A stretch of 64,000 bases of DNA from Clostridia bacterium (GCA_017434895.1 JAFSGB010000016.1:23013-87012), one strand, 5' to 3'; counted from the first letter of the stretch, positions 28,077-36,994 are shown. The notes: a model not told the origin generated them from the sequence alone. Program-made: numbers and translations.

Positions 28077-28724
28077 ATGTTTAAAATAGACGAGCTTAAA
28101 TTTGACGAAAGGGGACTTATCCCCGCTGTTGTGGTGGATAGCATTTCCAAAAAGGTGCTAACTGTTGCTTATATGAACAAGGAAAGTCTTAAAATTTCTA
28201 TGGAAAAGGAGCTTACTTGTTTTTATAGCCGCTCCCGTAACGAGCTTTGGCTAAAGGGGGAGACCAGCGGCAATTATCAGCATATTGTCTCAATCACTGC
28301 CGACTGTGACAAGGATGCCTTGGTAGTGGTAGTTGAAAAAGACGGTCCCGCTTGCCACGAAGGTACTGACTCTTGCTTTACAAAGGAGGTTTTCCAAAGT
28401 GATACAAGACACGAGTTTTCCCTTGAAAACCTTTACGAAATGCTTAAGGACAGAAAGGCAACTATGCCCGAGGGCTCATACACAAGCTATCTTTTCTCTA
28501 AAGGTGTTGACAAGATTCTTAAAAAGGTAGGCGAGGAGTCCACCGAGGTTATAATCGCTTCCAAGGCGGACGACAAGCCCGAGACAATCTACGAAATTGC
28601 CGACCTTACCTACCACATTATGGTGCTTATGACTGAAATGGGAATAAGTGTTGAGGAGGTTCGAAAAGAGCTTGCCTCCCGCCACATTATCGACCACAAG
28701 GTAAAACAGGAAAAAATGACCTGA
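28077..28724 (+). CDS. hisI: Bifunctional phosphoribosyl-AMP cyclohydrolase / phosphoribosyl-ATP pyrophosphatase
   Basis: 215 aa. [29 protein letters not shown], and a C-terminal HisE helix bundle. Confidence 0.9.
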   Translation: MFKIDELKFDERGLIPAVVVDSISKKVLTVAYMNKESLKISMEKELTCFYSRSRNELWLKGETSGNYQHIVSITADCDKDALVVVVEKDGPACHEGTDSCFTKEVFQSDTRHEFSLENLYEMLKDRKATMPEGSYTSYLFSKGVDKILKKVGEESTEVIIASKADDKPETIYEIADLTYHIMVLMTEMGISVEEVRKELASRHIIDHKVKQEKMT

Positions 28725-28736
28725 TATTTTTAGTGC

Positions 28737-29582
28737 CTATTGTACAATTTTCATTTGCAGACCTTCCTCTTTATGAGAAAGGTCTTTTTTTATACGGATT
28801 TTGTATTCGGTGTGGGTGTCGCTTTCGCTTTTACGAAAATTCACCTTAACACCGCCCTCCTTTAGGGTGTCAACAAGCTTTGTAAGACTGTTGGAAAAAA
28901 GACGAGGGTCTCCGATGGCAGATTTGCGCACCGCCTTTTCTTGAGGCTTGGCATTTTCCACCGCAAGAGGCGGGTTAAGAATGGAAAATATGTACTTTTC
29001 GGTTTCCTTAATGCTTAAATTTTCGCTTATAACTGTATTAAGCACCTCAGCCCGACCCTCTTTAGGTAATCTTAGCAATGCCCTTGCGTGTTTTTCGGTC
29101 AGATGGGATGCCCGTATTCTTTGTTCTAAACGGCTGTCAAGCCGAAGCACTTGCAACTTTGAAAACAGAGCCGTTCCCGTAACACCTAAATTGGCGGCAA
29201 CCTCAGAAATAGGCAAACCTTTTTTGTTGATTAAATAATCAATAGTTCTTGCCTCGTCGAAAAAAGAAAGTTCACGGCTTTGCAGATTTTCGGTAAGGGA
29301 ATAAAGTATCGCAGTTGTATCGTTGGCAGAGTGCACCACACAAGGCACACGCCTGACTCCTGCCAAAAGGGCGGCTTGAAGCCGACGCGAGCCTGAAATT
29401 AAGCGGTATGTACCCTTCTTTTCCTTTTTTACAATAAGCGGCTGAAGTACTCCGCTGGCGGCAATACTATCCCTTAGTGAATGTAGTTCATTTTCATCAA
29501 TTTCATGTCTTATGACGAATTGCGGTCTTTTAATATTCCTTGGGTTTAACATCCTAATTCGCTTTTCGCCGATTGTGTGCAT
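28737..29582 (-). CDS. ParB/Noc-family protein (Noc-like by its position after rsmG)
   Basis: ParB N-domain (LQPLIV..YRLISGSRRLQAALLAG) followed by an HTH (ISEVAANLGVTGTALFSKL). Confidence 0.75.
   Translation of the reverse strand: MHTIGEKRIRMLNPRNIKRPQFVIRHEIDENELHSLRDSIAASGVLQPLIVKKEKKGTYRLISGSRRLQAALLAGVRRVPCVVHSANDTTAILYSLTENLQSRELSFFDEARTIDYLINKKGLPISEVAANLGVTGTALFSKLQVLRLDSRLEQRIRASHLTEKHARALLRLPKEGRAEVLNTVISENLSIKETEKYIFSILNPPLAVENAKPQEKAVRKSAIGDPRLFSNSLTKLVDTLKEGGVKVNFRKSESDTHTEYKIRIKKDLSHKEEGLQMKIVQ
28759..28791 (+). terminator. Probable his operon terminator, embedded in the 3' end of the convergent parB-like ORF
   Basis: AGACCTT..AAGGTCT imperfect hairpin followed by T7. Confidence 0.5.
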
Positions 29583-29660
29583 TAATTTCCCTACCCTTCA
29601 AAGGATATTATCCTTCTAAAAATTTAAAAAGTAAAGAAATTTCGGTCTGCTTTTTTCGTC

Positions 29661-29696
29661 AAAAAACTAAAAAAACAGCCCTTTTAAAGGGGCTGT
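29661..29696 (-). terminator. Hairpin plus U-run overlapping the rsmG stop codon
   Basis: The - strand reads ACAGCCC-loop-GGGCTGT followed by TTTTTTTAGTTTTTT. Confidence 0.6.
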
Positions 29697-30403
29697 TTTG
29701 AAATATCTGCAGGTTTTCGGGGGTATTTTGACGGGGTTTGCGATATTTTTTTGCATACCACAAAAACCCTTTGCTCCTCACCCGTTAGGGTTTCGGTGAA
29801 AATTCGGGGCTGGGCTGAGCCTAAAACCTTAAAGCAATTCGGACTTTCTGCCAGCTCCTCCTCGGCTTTGGGACCTTTCATTGCCACAAGCAAACCGCCT
29901 GTTTTCACAAGGGGCAGACAGTACTCCATTAACACCGGCATAGAAGCCACCGCCCTTGCAGTGGCAATGTCGAAGTTTTCGCGGTAAAGCTTGTTTTTTC
30001 CCGCATCCTCAGCACGGGAATGAACGGTTTTAATGCCGTCTAACCCTAATTCCTCAATAACCGCATTTAAAAACACAAGGCGTTTATTAAGACTGTCAAG
30101 CAGTGTTACCTCTAAATCGGGACGGATTATCTTAAGCACCATTCCGGGGAAGCCCGCACCGGTGCCAACGTCAATTACAGTCGCATTTTGCGGTACATCC
30201 ACATTTTTAAAAAACAAAATGCAGTCATAAAAGTGCTTGAAAAGTATCTCCTGTGGCTCCTTTATGGCGGTTAAATTCATTTTTTCGTTCCAAGAAAGCA
30301 GTAAATTACCGTATAGATTAAGCTTTTTTTCAATTTCGTCGGTAATTGTAACCCCAAACTCCTCGCAAAGAGGTGCAATTTTTCGAATGCCGAAATCAAT
30401 CAT
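29684..30403 (-). CDS. rsmG: 16S rRNA (guanine527-N7)-methyltransferase
   Basis: ..KMNLTAI...E....HF.DC; VIDVGTGAGFPG SAM motif. The ATG at 30403 follows GGAGG and overlaps the trmB stop (ATGATTGA). Confidence 0.9.
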   Translation of the reverse strand: MIDFGIRKIAPLCEEFGVTITDEIEKKLNLYGNLLLSWNEKMNLTAIKEPQEILFKHFYDCILFFKNVDVPQNATVIDVGTGAGFPGMVLKIIRPDLEVTLLDSLNKRLVFLNAVIEELGLDGIKTVHSRAEDAGKNKLYRENFDIATARAVASMPVLMEYCLPLVKTGGLLVAMKGPKAEEELAESPNCFKVLGSAQPRIFTETLTGEEQRVFVVCKKISQTPSKYPRKPADISKQPL

Positions 30404-31070
30404 TAATATACGCCTCCAGTCGGTAAATGGGGAAGCCCTTTGAGACAAACTTTTCCTCGTACTCGGTCATAATGTTGCCCTCGAAGTCGCTTTTGTGCAA
30501 ATCAAGGGAAATATTTTTAAGGGCAAAGCCGCTAGCCGACAACTGTTCCAAGGAAAATTCGAAAAAATGCATATTGTCGGTCTTTTGGTGGATTTCGCCG
30601 CCTCTTTTAAGCAGTCTTTTGTAAATCTCCAAAAATCGGTTGTGGGTCAGGCGGTGGGTAGCATAGCCCGATTTTGGAAAAGGACAGGAGAAGTTTAGGA
30701 AAATTTTCTCCACACTTTGCTCTTTTAAATATTTTTCCAAATATTCCGCGCCGCATTTAATAAAACGGAGATTCTCCACATTTTCCTTCTTTGCCATTTC
30801 GCAGGCGGCGGTTATAACATTTCCGCTTTTTTCCACTGCAATAAGGTTAATTTCGGGGTGAGCCTTGGCGTACTCGCAGGCGAACTTTCCCTTTCCGCAA
30901 CCAATTTCCAGAAAAACAGGTTTATCACTGCCAAACCATTTTACAAGGTCAATATATTCCTTCTTTTCCTTTGCGGTGTTAAAATTTCTGTCCTCGAAAT
31001 CGCTTATCAGCAAGATATCCGAAACGGCATTTAGCCTCTCATCCAGATATTTTTTCTTTCGCATTCTCAT
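30396..31070 (-). CDS. trmB: tRNA (guanine46-N7)-methyltransferase
   Basis: 224 aa. LEIGCGKGKF, FPDPW-equivalent region FSCPFPK, HRL..N.FL. Confidence 0.85.
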   Translation of the reverse strand: MRMRKKKYLDERLNAVSDILLISDFEDRNFNTAKEKKEYIDLVKWFGSDKPVFLEIGCGKGKFACEYAKAHPEINLIAVEKSGNVITAACEMAKKENVENLRFIKCGAEYLEKYLKEQSVEKIFLNFSCPFPKSGYATHRLTHNRFLEIYKRLLKRGGEIHQKTDNMHFFEFSLEQLSASGFALKNISLDLHKSDFEGNIMTEYEEKFVSKGFPIYRLEAYIND

Positions 31071-32065
31071 TTATATCTCTCCAATATTTTTTCGGCTCTT
31101 TCTTTCACCATTTCAATAAGCCTCGTAGGTTTTATAACCCTAAGACAGTCACCGTAGTTGATAATCCAAGTTACCAGTGCATCACTAATAACCGCGTTAA
31201 CACTGAGGTGAAAGCCGTCCTTTGAGGACTTTGTTATGTGAATATCCTCACCGAAGCGGTCGATTAACTGCTCGGAAATCTGGGTACTGCACCAAAGCTC
31301 TATTTTTTCACTTTCACCCGAATACATACCGAAAAGCTTATCCACATAGTCAGATGTATCAAAACAATCCTTGTACTCACTCACCTCGCTGAAATGACGG
31401 GCGGTGCCTTCCAATACCTCTACTCCTCTGATACGGTCAAGCCGCAGGTGTATTAAATTATCGTATTTAATATGATTTCCTATTAAATAATAGTGGTCGT
31501 CCTGCCAACAAAGAGCGTACGGATTAAGTGTCATTTCTTTGATTGACTGACTAACCTGACGGTTACTGTCAAACCTTCGTTGATAATACTTAATTTTAAT
31601 CTGCCGTTTGTCCTCAATAGCACGGCTTATTTTGTCGATATTATAGTAAATTTCCTCGTTACCGCTTTTGACAGCAACAGAAAAGTAAACGCCCTTTTCC
31701 CGTCTTTTGGCTTGATTAACGCTTAACATTCCGTTAAGCTTTGAAAGAAGTTCGCGTGTTTTCTTGGCACTTATAAATTTTGCCGAGCGTACCGCATCAG
31801 AAAGCAGAAAAATCTCAGGAATTTCAAAAGCACGCTCACCTATAAACCAACCAACTTTCGGGGTGTCGGTCTTAATTATATCACAGCCGTAATACTCCAA
31901 AGCGGCAATATCGTCATAAACGGATTTTCGCTCCGCCGAAATGCCCTTTTCCTCCAAATACCGCACAATTTCAGCCGCGTTTAATGGGTGCTCCTCGTCA
32001 CTGTATTTGGTTAAAATATCAAACACATAGAGTACCTTCAGTTTTTGCCCTGACTGTTTTGCCAC
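31067..32065 (-). CDS. HTH plus WYL-domain transcriptional regulator
   Basis: N-terminal winged HTH (..LNAAEIVRYLEEKGISAERKSVYDDI). Central WYL-like block (IKIKYYQ..NPYALCWQDDHYYLIGN) and a C-terminal WCX-like domain. GTG start after GAGGTG. Confidence 0.75.
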   Translation of the reverse strand: MAKQSGQKLKVLYVFDILTKYSDEEHPLNAAEIVRYLEEKGISAERKSVYDDIAALEYYGCDIIKTDTPKVGWFIGERAFEIPEIFLLSDAVRSAKFISAKKTRELLSKLNGMLSVNQAKRREKGVYFSVAVKSGNEEIYYNIDKISRAIEDKRQIKIKYYQRRFDSNRQVSQSIKEMTLNPYALCWQDDHYYLIGNHIKYDNLIHLRLDRIRGVEVLEGTARHFSEVSEYKDCFDTSDYVDKLFGMYSGESEKIELWCSTQISEQLIDRFGEDIHITKSSKDGFHLSVNAVISDALVTWIINYGDCLRVIKPTRLIEMVKERAEKILERYK

Positions 32066-32640
32066 TCTCTTGTCACCTCGTAAAATTCCTCTTTTGTAAT
32101 TACGGTATTTAAAATATCAAGCATTGCATTTGGGGATAAATTTTGGGGCAAATCCAGTTTTTTAAGCAATTCTTTTCGCCTAAGCCCCGAATTTTCCCCG
32201 CCCGAAAGTCCGCAAAAATACAAATCGGTCTTGGTAATTTTGTCTTTTCTTTCGGGTAAAGCCTCACCCGTAATTCCGCTTTTTTTAAAGGCCTCAAGCA
32301 GTATGTCGGGAGTCATACCCTCAACCCCTAAAAGCCTTTCTTTTCCGTAGCCTTCCTTGCGTTTTTCCTTGCCGACAATCTGCGGTACGTAAACATTGTA
32401 AATTTCACAGTCGCCCACAATATTTTTAATGTGTGCCCTAATCATATTCCCTGCAGAATCACTGTCGGTAAGGATAACAACACCGTACCTTTGGGCTAAG
32501 GCTCTTATCATTCGGCATTTTTCCGTATCTTTAAAAATGGAAAAGCCGTTTGTCGGAATAATAAGGGCATCTATTACATTTTCCAAGGTTATTTTATCGT
32601 ATTTCCCCTCAACGATTACAGGACTTTTAAGCTTAATCAA
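32038..32640 (-). CDS. Toprim-domain protein (RNase M5-like / DUF4093 type)
   Basis: VIVEGKYDK..TNGF......VVILTDSDSAGNMIR is a Toprim signature. I prefer the TTG at 32640, which overlaps the holA stop (CTTGATTAA), over the GTG at 32655. Confidence 0.65.
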   Translation of the reverse strand: MIKLKSPVIVEGKYDKITLENVIDALIIPTNGFSIFKDTEKCRMIRALAQRYGVVILTDSDSAGNMIRAHIKNIVGDCEIYNVYVPQIVGKEKRKEGYGKERLLGVEGMTPDILLEAFKKSGITGEALPERKDKITKTDLYFCGLSGGENSGLRRKELLKKLDLPQNLSPNAMLDILNTVITKEEFYEVTREWQNSQGKN

Positions 32641-33688
32641 GGCTTTTACCCTCACCGATGATGTATATAAGCTTTATAATCATTTCCTCTAAAATCCCAC
32701 GTTGATTGCTGCTAAAGGATTTAAGCTTCCTGTCAGTGCTTACAAGAGTTTCAAGGCAGAGCTGTAATTTTTCAAAGTCCATTTTTCTTAAGTTCTTGGA
32801 AGCTTTTTCCACTAAAAATTCCTTATTTTTCGGGTAGCCGAAGCTTTTTATAACATTACTTAAAGGCAAGCTCTGAGCCTTAGCACAGAAAACCCTGTAC
32901 ATATCGGTAAAAACCCCCGAAACGGTGTACAACACCGACATCGGCTCGGTTCTCATAAAGAAAAGCTCGTCCAGCATTTTTAAAGCCTCGGTGGAATTTT
33001 GAGACAAAATAAAATCGGATAATTTAAAAATATCCGCCTCGGCAGTTTTTGTGCAGACTTCGTCAATATCAGCCTTGGTAATAACGCCCTCACGAACGAA
33101 AGCGCAAAGCTTTGTAAGCTCACTGCTTAAAAGATTAATGTCCTCACCTGCAGTTTCCACAAGATAATTGCCTGTGGAAAAATCCATTTTGCAGCCTCGC
33201 TTAGCCGCCCCGTCACAAAGCATTTTCACAAGCTCTGATTTTCCCCTGTGATTAAGGCAAACTGCCACACCGCCGTTTTTCTCGCAAGCGGAAATCAGAT
33301 TTTTGAATTTTGCACCCTTTTTATGGTCAGTTTCCATACTGTCAAAATAAAGGATAAGTGTGCATTCCTTAGGCACTGCAGAGATTAACTCTGTCAGTCG
33401 GTCAAACTCTGCTTTAGAGCAATGCTCGAAATCATAATCGTTTAAAATTACGCATTTGCGGTCACTCATCATAGGCATTTGCATTACCGCATCGTAAACC
33501 CCCTGCAAATCGCAGCCCGTCACGAATTTAGAATAATTAAAAACATCGTCACTGTCGGCAATGCTTTTACTGATTTTATTCAGATAATGGGTCTTTAAAT
33601 AAGCATCCTCACCGAATAAAATATACACGGGAAGTAGCCCGTCGGATTTAAGGCTTTTCTTTAAGGACTCCTCAAAAATGACTGCCAT
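32633..33688 (-). CDS. holA: DNA polymerase III delta subunit
   Basis: 351 aa. ..PVYILFGED.YL.., in the conserved position after comEC. Confidence 0.8.
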   Translation of the reverse strand: MAVIFEESLKKSLKSDGLLPVYILFGEDAYLKTHYLNKISKSIADSDDVFNYSKFVTGCDLQGVYDAVMQMPMMSDRKCVILNDYDFEHCSKAEFDRLTELISAVPKECTLILYFDSMETDHKKGAKFKNLISACEKNGGVAVCLNHRGKSELVKMLCDGAAKRGCKMDFSTGNYLVETAGEDINLLSSELTKLCAFVREGVITKADIDEVCTKTAEADIFKLSDFILSQNSTEALKMLDELFFMRTEPMSVLYTVSGVFTDMYRVFCAKAQSLPLSNVIKSFGYPKNKEFLVEKASKNLRKMDFEKLQLCLETLVSTDRKLKSFSSNQRGILEEMIIKLIYIIGEGKSLD

Positions 33689-35178
33689 TTCGTTTTGCTT
33701 CCCCTTTCACTTAGTATTTTTTCGTTCATTAACTTTAATTTTAACATATCTTGTCTGCTTTTACAAATAAGCATTATTTTAAAGATAACAAATATTAGCG
33801 CTACCGAAATGTAAACACCCTTTTCGTCCACCCTTACGGTAGCGAATTTTTGCCCTCCTATAAAATTTATTGCCCCGTTAATATATCTGATACCCAAATC
33901 CGTAGCATCAAGCAGAATACTAGCAGTAAAAGGAAATACGGGCTTTATAATTACGGCTATAACGCCGCCGCAAAGACAATAGCTTAACGGAAAATCTATA
34001 AGCAAATTCGTTAAAACCGATACCACCGAAACATATCCGAAAACATAAATCATAACAGGCAGTACCATTATTGTTGCCGAAAGTGAAATTGTCACAAGCT
34101 GTGCGAAATAGCAAAAAATTTTGTTTGTTATTTTCTTTTTTAATCTCTTGTAAATAGGCATTGCCACCGCTAAAATGCCAAAGGTCGAAAGAAGCGATAG
34201 CTGAAAGGCTATACTGAAAATTGCAAAGGGCGAAGCAATCGAAATAAAGGTTACCGCACCGCCCAAGGCATTTTCACCCGAATAAGGTCTTTTTAAAAGC
34301 AAAGCCACCGCAATTAAAATATATGTGACTCCTGCCCTTAAAATCGACATTGTGAATCCGCAAACCGTACAAAGCAAGAGGACAACCATAAACATTATAA
34401 GAGCTTTGAGACGGTAATTATAAATGAATTTTTCGATTATTTTTAGGACCAGACCTACAATAATCGTAAGGTGCATACCCGAAACCACCATAGCGTGTGC
34501 CACACCCGATGCCTTTACATTGTCGTAAAATTCGTCGGTCAGATAGCTTCTATCCCCGAAAATCAATGCCGACATTGTAGCCGCCGACTCGTATTTCATA
34601 TTACCGAAAAGGCAAGCTCTGATATAATCTTTAAGCTTTTCGGTAGCACTTAAAACACCGTCGGCAGAGTCTTGGCGTTTAAGCTCCAAGACTTCGCCCG
34701 ACAGAAAAATATTTTTACCGTAACTGCTCGCCTTATATTTGTCCAAAAGCTTTAAAATTTTAATTTTCGTTCTTAAAGCATCACCACCCCTAAGGCTTAA
34801 AGGACTGTGAAAAAGGATGAGCTTTGTATTTTTTGGAAAGGAGTCACATTTAATGACCTCTGCCTCGGTGATAAAATAGCTATCCGACTTAAAGGTTGTC
34901 CCTAAAACACAAATATCCGCAGTGATTACACTGTCGGAATATTTATTAAGCTCATTTATTCGGTTTAGCGTAAGAAAACAGCTGACCGTCATTACAAGGG
35001 TCAGCAAAAAGGCTACTGCGAGCGGATAGTTTTTCTTTATTACTACCAGTAAGAAAAGTCCTGTAAAAAGTGCAAAGCAGACCATAAGTGCGACCTTACA
35101 GTAAAAACCGCAGAAGGCCGAAACAATACAACCGACTGCAGAAACAAGCATAGGTCTTTCCTTTAAGTAGTCAATCAA
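33661..35178 (-). CDS. comEC: ComEC/Rec2-family protein without the C-terminal metallo-beta-lactamase domain
   Basis: 505 aa. N-terminal TMs with a DUF4131/OB-like insert, then a polytopic competence domain (..GVAHAMVVSGMHL..). The ORF ends inside the holA start. TTG start 1 nt after the queT stop. Confidence 0.75.
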   Translation of the reverse strand: MIDYLKERPMLVSAVGCIVSAFCGFYCKVALMVCFALFTGLFLLVVIKKNYPLAVAFLLTLVMTVSCFLTLNRINELNKYSDSVITADICVLGTTFKSDSYFITEAEVIKCDSFPKNTKLILFHSPLSLRGGDALRTKIKILKLLDKYKASSYGKNIFLSGEVLELKRQDSADGVLSATEKLKDYIRACLFGNMKYESAATMSALIFGDRSYLTDEFYDNVKASGVAHAMVVSGMHLTIIVGLVLKIIEKFIYNYRLKALIMFMVVLLLCTVCGFTMSILRAGVTYILIAVALLLKRPYSGENALGGAVTFISIASPFAIFSIAFQLSLLSTFGILAVAMPIYKRLKKKITNKIFCYFAQLVTISLSATIMVLPVMIYVFGYVSVVSVLTNLLIDFPLSYCLCGGVIAVIIKPVFPFTASILLDATDLGIRYINGAINFIGGQKFATVRVDEKGVYISVALIFVIFKIMLICKSRQDMLKLKLMNEKILSERGSKTKWQSFLRSP

Positions 35179-35179
35179 G

Positions 35180-35689
35180 CTAAAACCTCATTATTTTGTT
35201 ATTTTTGATTCCTAAATAAAACGGTATGCCAAAGCAAAAACAGACAATAAACTGACTAATGCCAATTTGTAAAAACGAAATAAAAAAGCTCCAGAAAAAA
35301 TTGTCCGCTTCTAAATAAAACAAGGCTATTTCAAACCCGATTACAAGTGCATTTATAATAATGGGAGGTAAAAAAGAAAAGATCGGAAAATCCTTAACCC
35401 TTACATCCCTTAAAACATAGCTCAACCACGCGGCACTAAGGGTGGCCAAGGTGCCGAAGGCCAAATCCGCAACATTAAAGGAGCCGATGTTTGAAATAAA
35501 GCAACCGACTGTCAAGCCCGAAATTGCAGCAGGCGTAAATATCGGAAGCACCGTTAAAACCTCGGAAAGTCTTAGCTGAATAGGCCCATAGGCGAGACCA
35601 AAGACATTGCTTAAATATGTAAGTGCGGTATACAAGGCGGCGATAATCGCCCCCGTTACAATATATCTTGTTGTTTCCTGCCGTGTCAT
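35180..35689 (-). CDS. queT: QueT-family queuosine-precursor transporter
   Basis: 169 aa, 5-6 TM. ..YGPIQLRLSEVLTVLP.. is characteristic of the QueT family. Confidence 0.75.
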   Translation of the reverse strand: MTRQETTRYIVTGAIIAALYTALTYLSNVFGLAYGPIQLRLSEVLTVLPIFTPAAISGLTVGCFISNIGSFNVADLAFGTLATLSAAWLSYVLRDVRVKDFPIFSFLPPIIINALVIGFEIALFYLEADNFFWSFFISFLQIGISQFIVCFCFGIPFYLGIKNNKIMRF

Positions 35690-35793
35690 ACAGTCATCCC
35701 TTCACCTTGTTGTATTAATGTTTGGTGAAACACAAAGTGTTTCAGTATGTGTTAACACATACAATTTGCATTTAATGCAAATTCCAACCTTAA

Positions 35794-35911
35794 TGAAATC
35801 ATATCGAAGTTGCAAAATAACGCTTTAAGGCGTTTTTTGCAACCTACAGCCGATTTTTATCGGCTTTGGCGAGAAATTTAATCAATTTCTCGACATTCGA
35901 TAATCATTATA
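35794..35911. repeat. 118-nt structured intergenic element, copy 1
   Basis: 109/118 identical, with no indels, to 38513-38630. A closing inverted repeat surrounds three hairpins (35809-35843, 35848-35865, 35870-35893). Confidence 0.9.
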
Positions 35912-35960
35912 ACTGCAACTGTGGCAATGTATCTTGCGGTTTCTTGCTCGGTAATTACAA

Positions 35961-36401
35961 TCAGCCGTTTAGTTTGGTGTAATAATCAACTGCCAGTCGG
36001 TCACAACGCTCATTTTCGGGATGACCGGCGTGTCCCTTAACCCAAATAATTTCCACCTTGTGAACAGAAAGCAGGTCTAAAAGCTGACCCCACAAATCGG
36101 GATTAAGAGCCGGCTTTTTATCCGCCTTTCTCCAACCGTTTTTACGCCAAGACTCTGCCCATCCCTTTGTAATGCCGTCGGCCACATACTTAGAGTCGGT
36201 AACAAGGGTCACCGCGCAAGGCTCCTTTAAAGCAGATAACCCCTCTATTACCGCAGTTAACTCCATTCGATTGTTAGTGGTTTTCTCTTCTCCTCCCGAA
36301 AGCTCCTTTTCAGCCTCGCCAAAACGGAGAATTGCGCCCCAACCGCCTACTCCCGGATTTCCCGAGCAAGCGCCGTCGGTAAAAAGCTGTACCTTTTTCA
36401 T
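35961..36401 (-). CDS. rnhA: Ribonuclease HI
   Basis: 146 aa. [33 protein letters not shown]. Confidence 0.95.
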   Translation of the reverse strand: MKKVQLFTDGACSGNPGVGGWGAILRFGEAEKELSGGEEKTTNNRMELTAVIEGLSALKEPCAVTLVTDSKYVADGITKGWAESWRKNGWRKADKKPALNPDLWGQLLDLLSVHKVEIIWVKGHAGHPENERCDRLAVDYYTKLNG

Positions 36402-36403
36402 TT

Positions 36404-36994
36404 TTAATTATAACTCCTGTAACTGCCTACAACCTTGCCCAAAATCATTGGGTCATCAGGATGAATAGGTGAAAAATCGGGATTTTCGGGCATATAAATA
36501 ATCTTGCCGTCCTTTATAAGCAGTCGCTTAACAGTAGCAGAGTCTCCGTCCATGCCAACAACAATATCACCGCTTTTGCAAGGTTTGTTTTTGTCCGCAA
36601 CTATAATGTCGCCATCCAAAATGCCGGCATCTTTCATACTAAGTCCCACAACCTTAAGAGCAAAAAGTCCGTCTGAATTTTTGGTGGGGTAAGGGATGTA
36701 ATCCTCTATCTCCTCCACCGCCAAAATGGGTTTGCCCGCAGTGATTTTACCTACCACCGGCACCATTGAGGAGGGAGCCTCTCCCGAAAGCTTAATACCA
36801 CGGGAATTTTTACGGTCAATGGTAATATATCCTAAATCCTCAAGTGAGGTTAAAATTGCATGCACAGTCGAGGTAGAGCTTATTCCCGTTTCGCGGCAAA
36901 GTTCACGCACCGTAGGAGGAATACCCTCAGCTCTTTTCTTTACAATGTAATCGTAAACCAACTGCTGCTTTTCCTTTAGGGGGGCCTTGGACAT
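36404..36994 (-). CDS. lexA: LexA repressor
   Basis: N-terminal wHTH. AG cleavage site (KITAGKP) and S..K peptidase (GLSMKDAG..; ATVKRL). The ATG at 36994 follows AGGAGG. Confidence 0.95.
   Translation of the reverse strand: MSKAPLKEKQQLVYDYIVKKRAEGIPPTVRELCRETGISSTSTVHAILTSLEDLGYITIDRKNSRGIKLSGEAPSSMVPVVGKITAGKPILAVEEIEDYIPYPTKNSDGLFALKVVGLSMKDAGILDGDIIVADKNKPCKSGDIVVGMDGDSATVKRLLIKDGKIIYMPENPDFSPIHPDDPMILGKVVGSYRSYN

Noticed and set aside
35690-35760. Possible preQ1-I riboswitch in front of queT
   Set aside because: Only the A-rich AACAAGG tail resembles the aptamer. The hairpin loop is 3-4 nt instead of ~9-11 nt, and the conserved loop nucleotides are missing. This needs cmsearch before any call.
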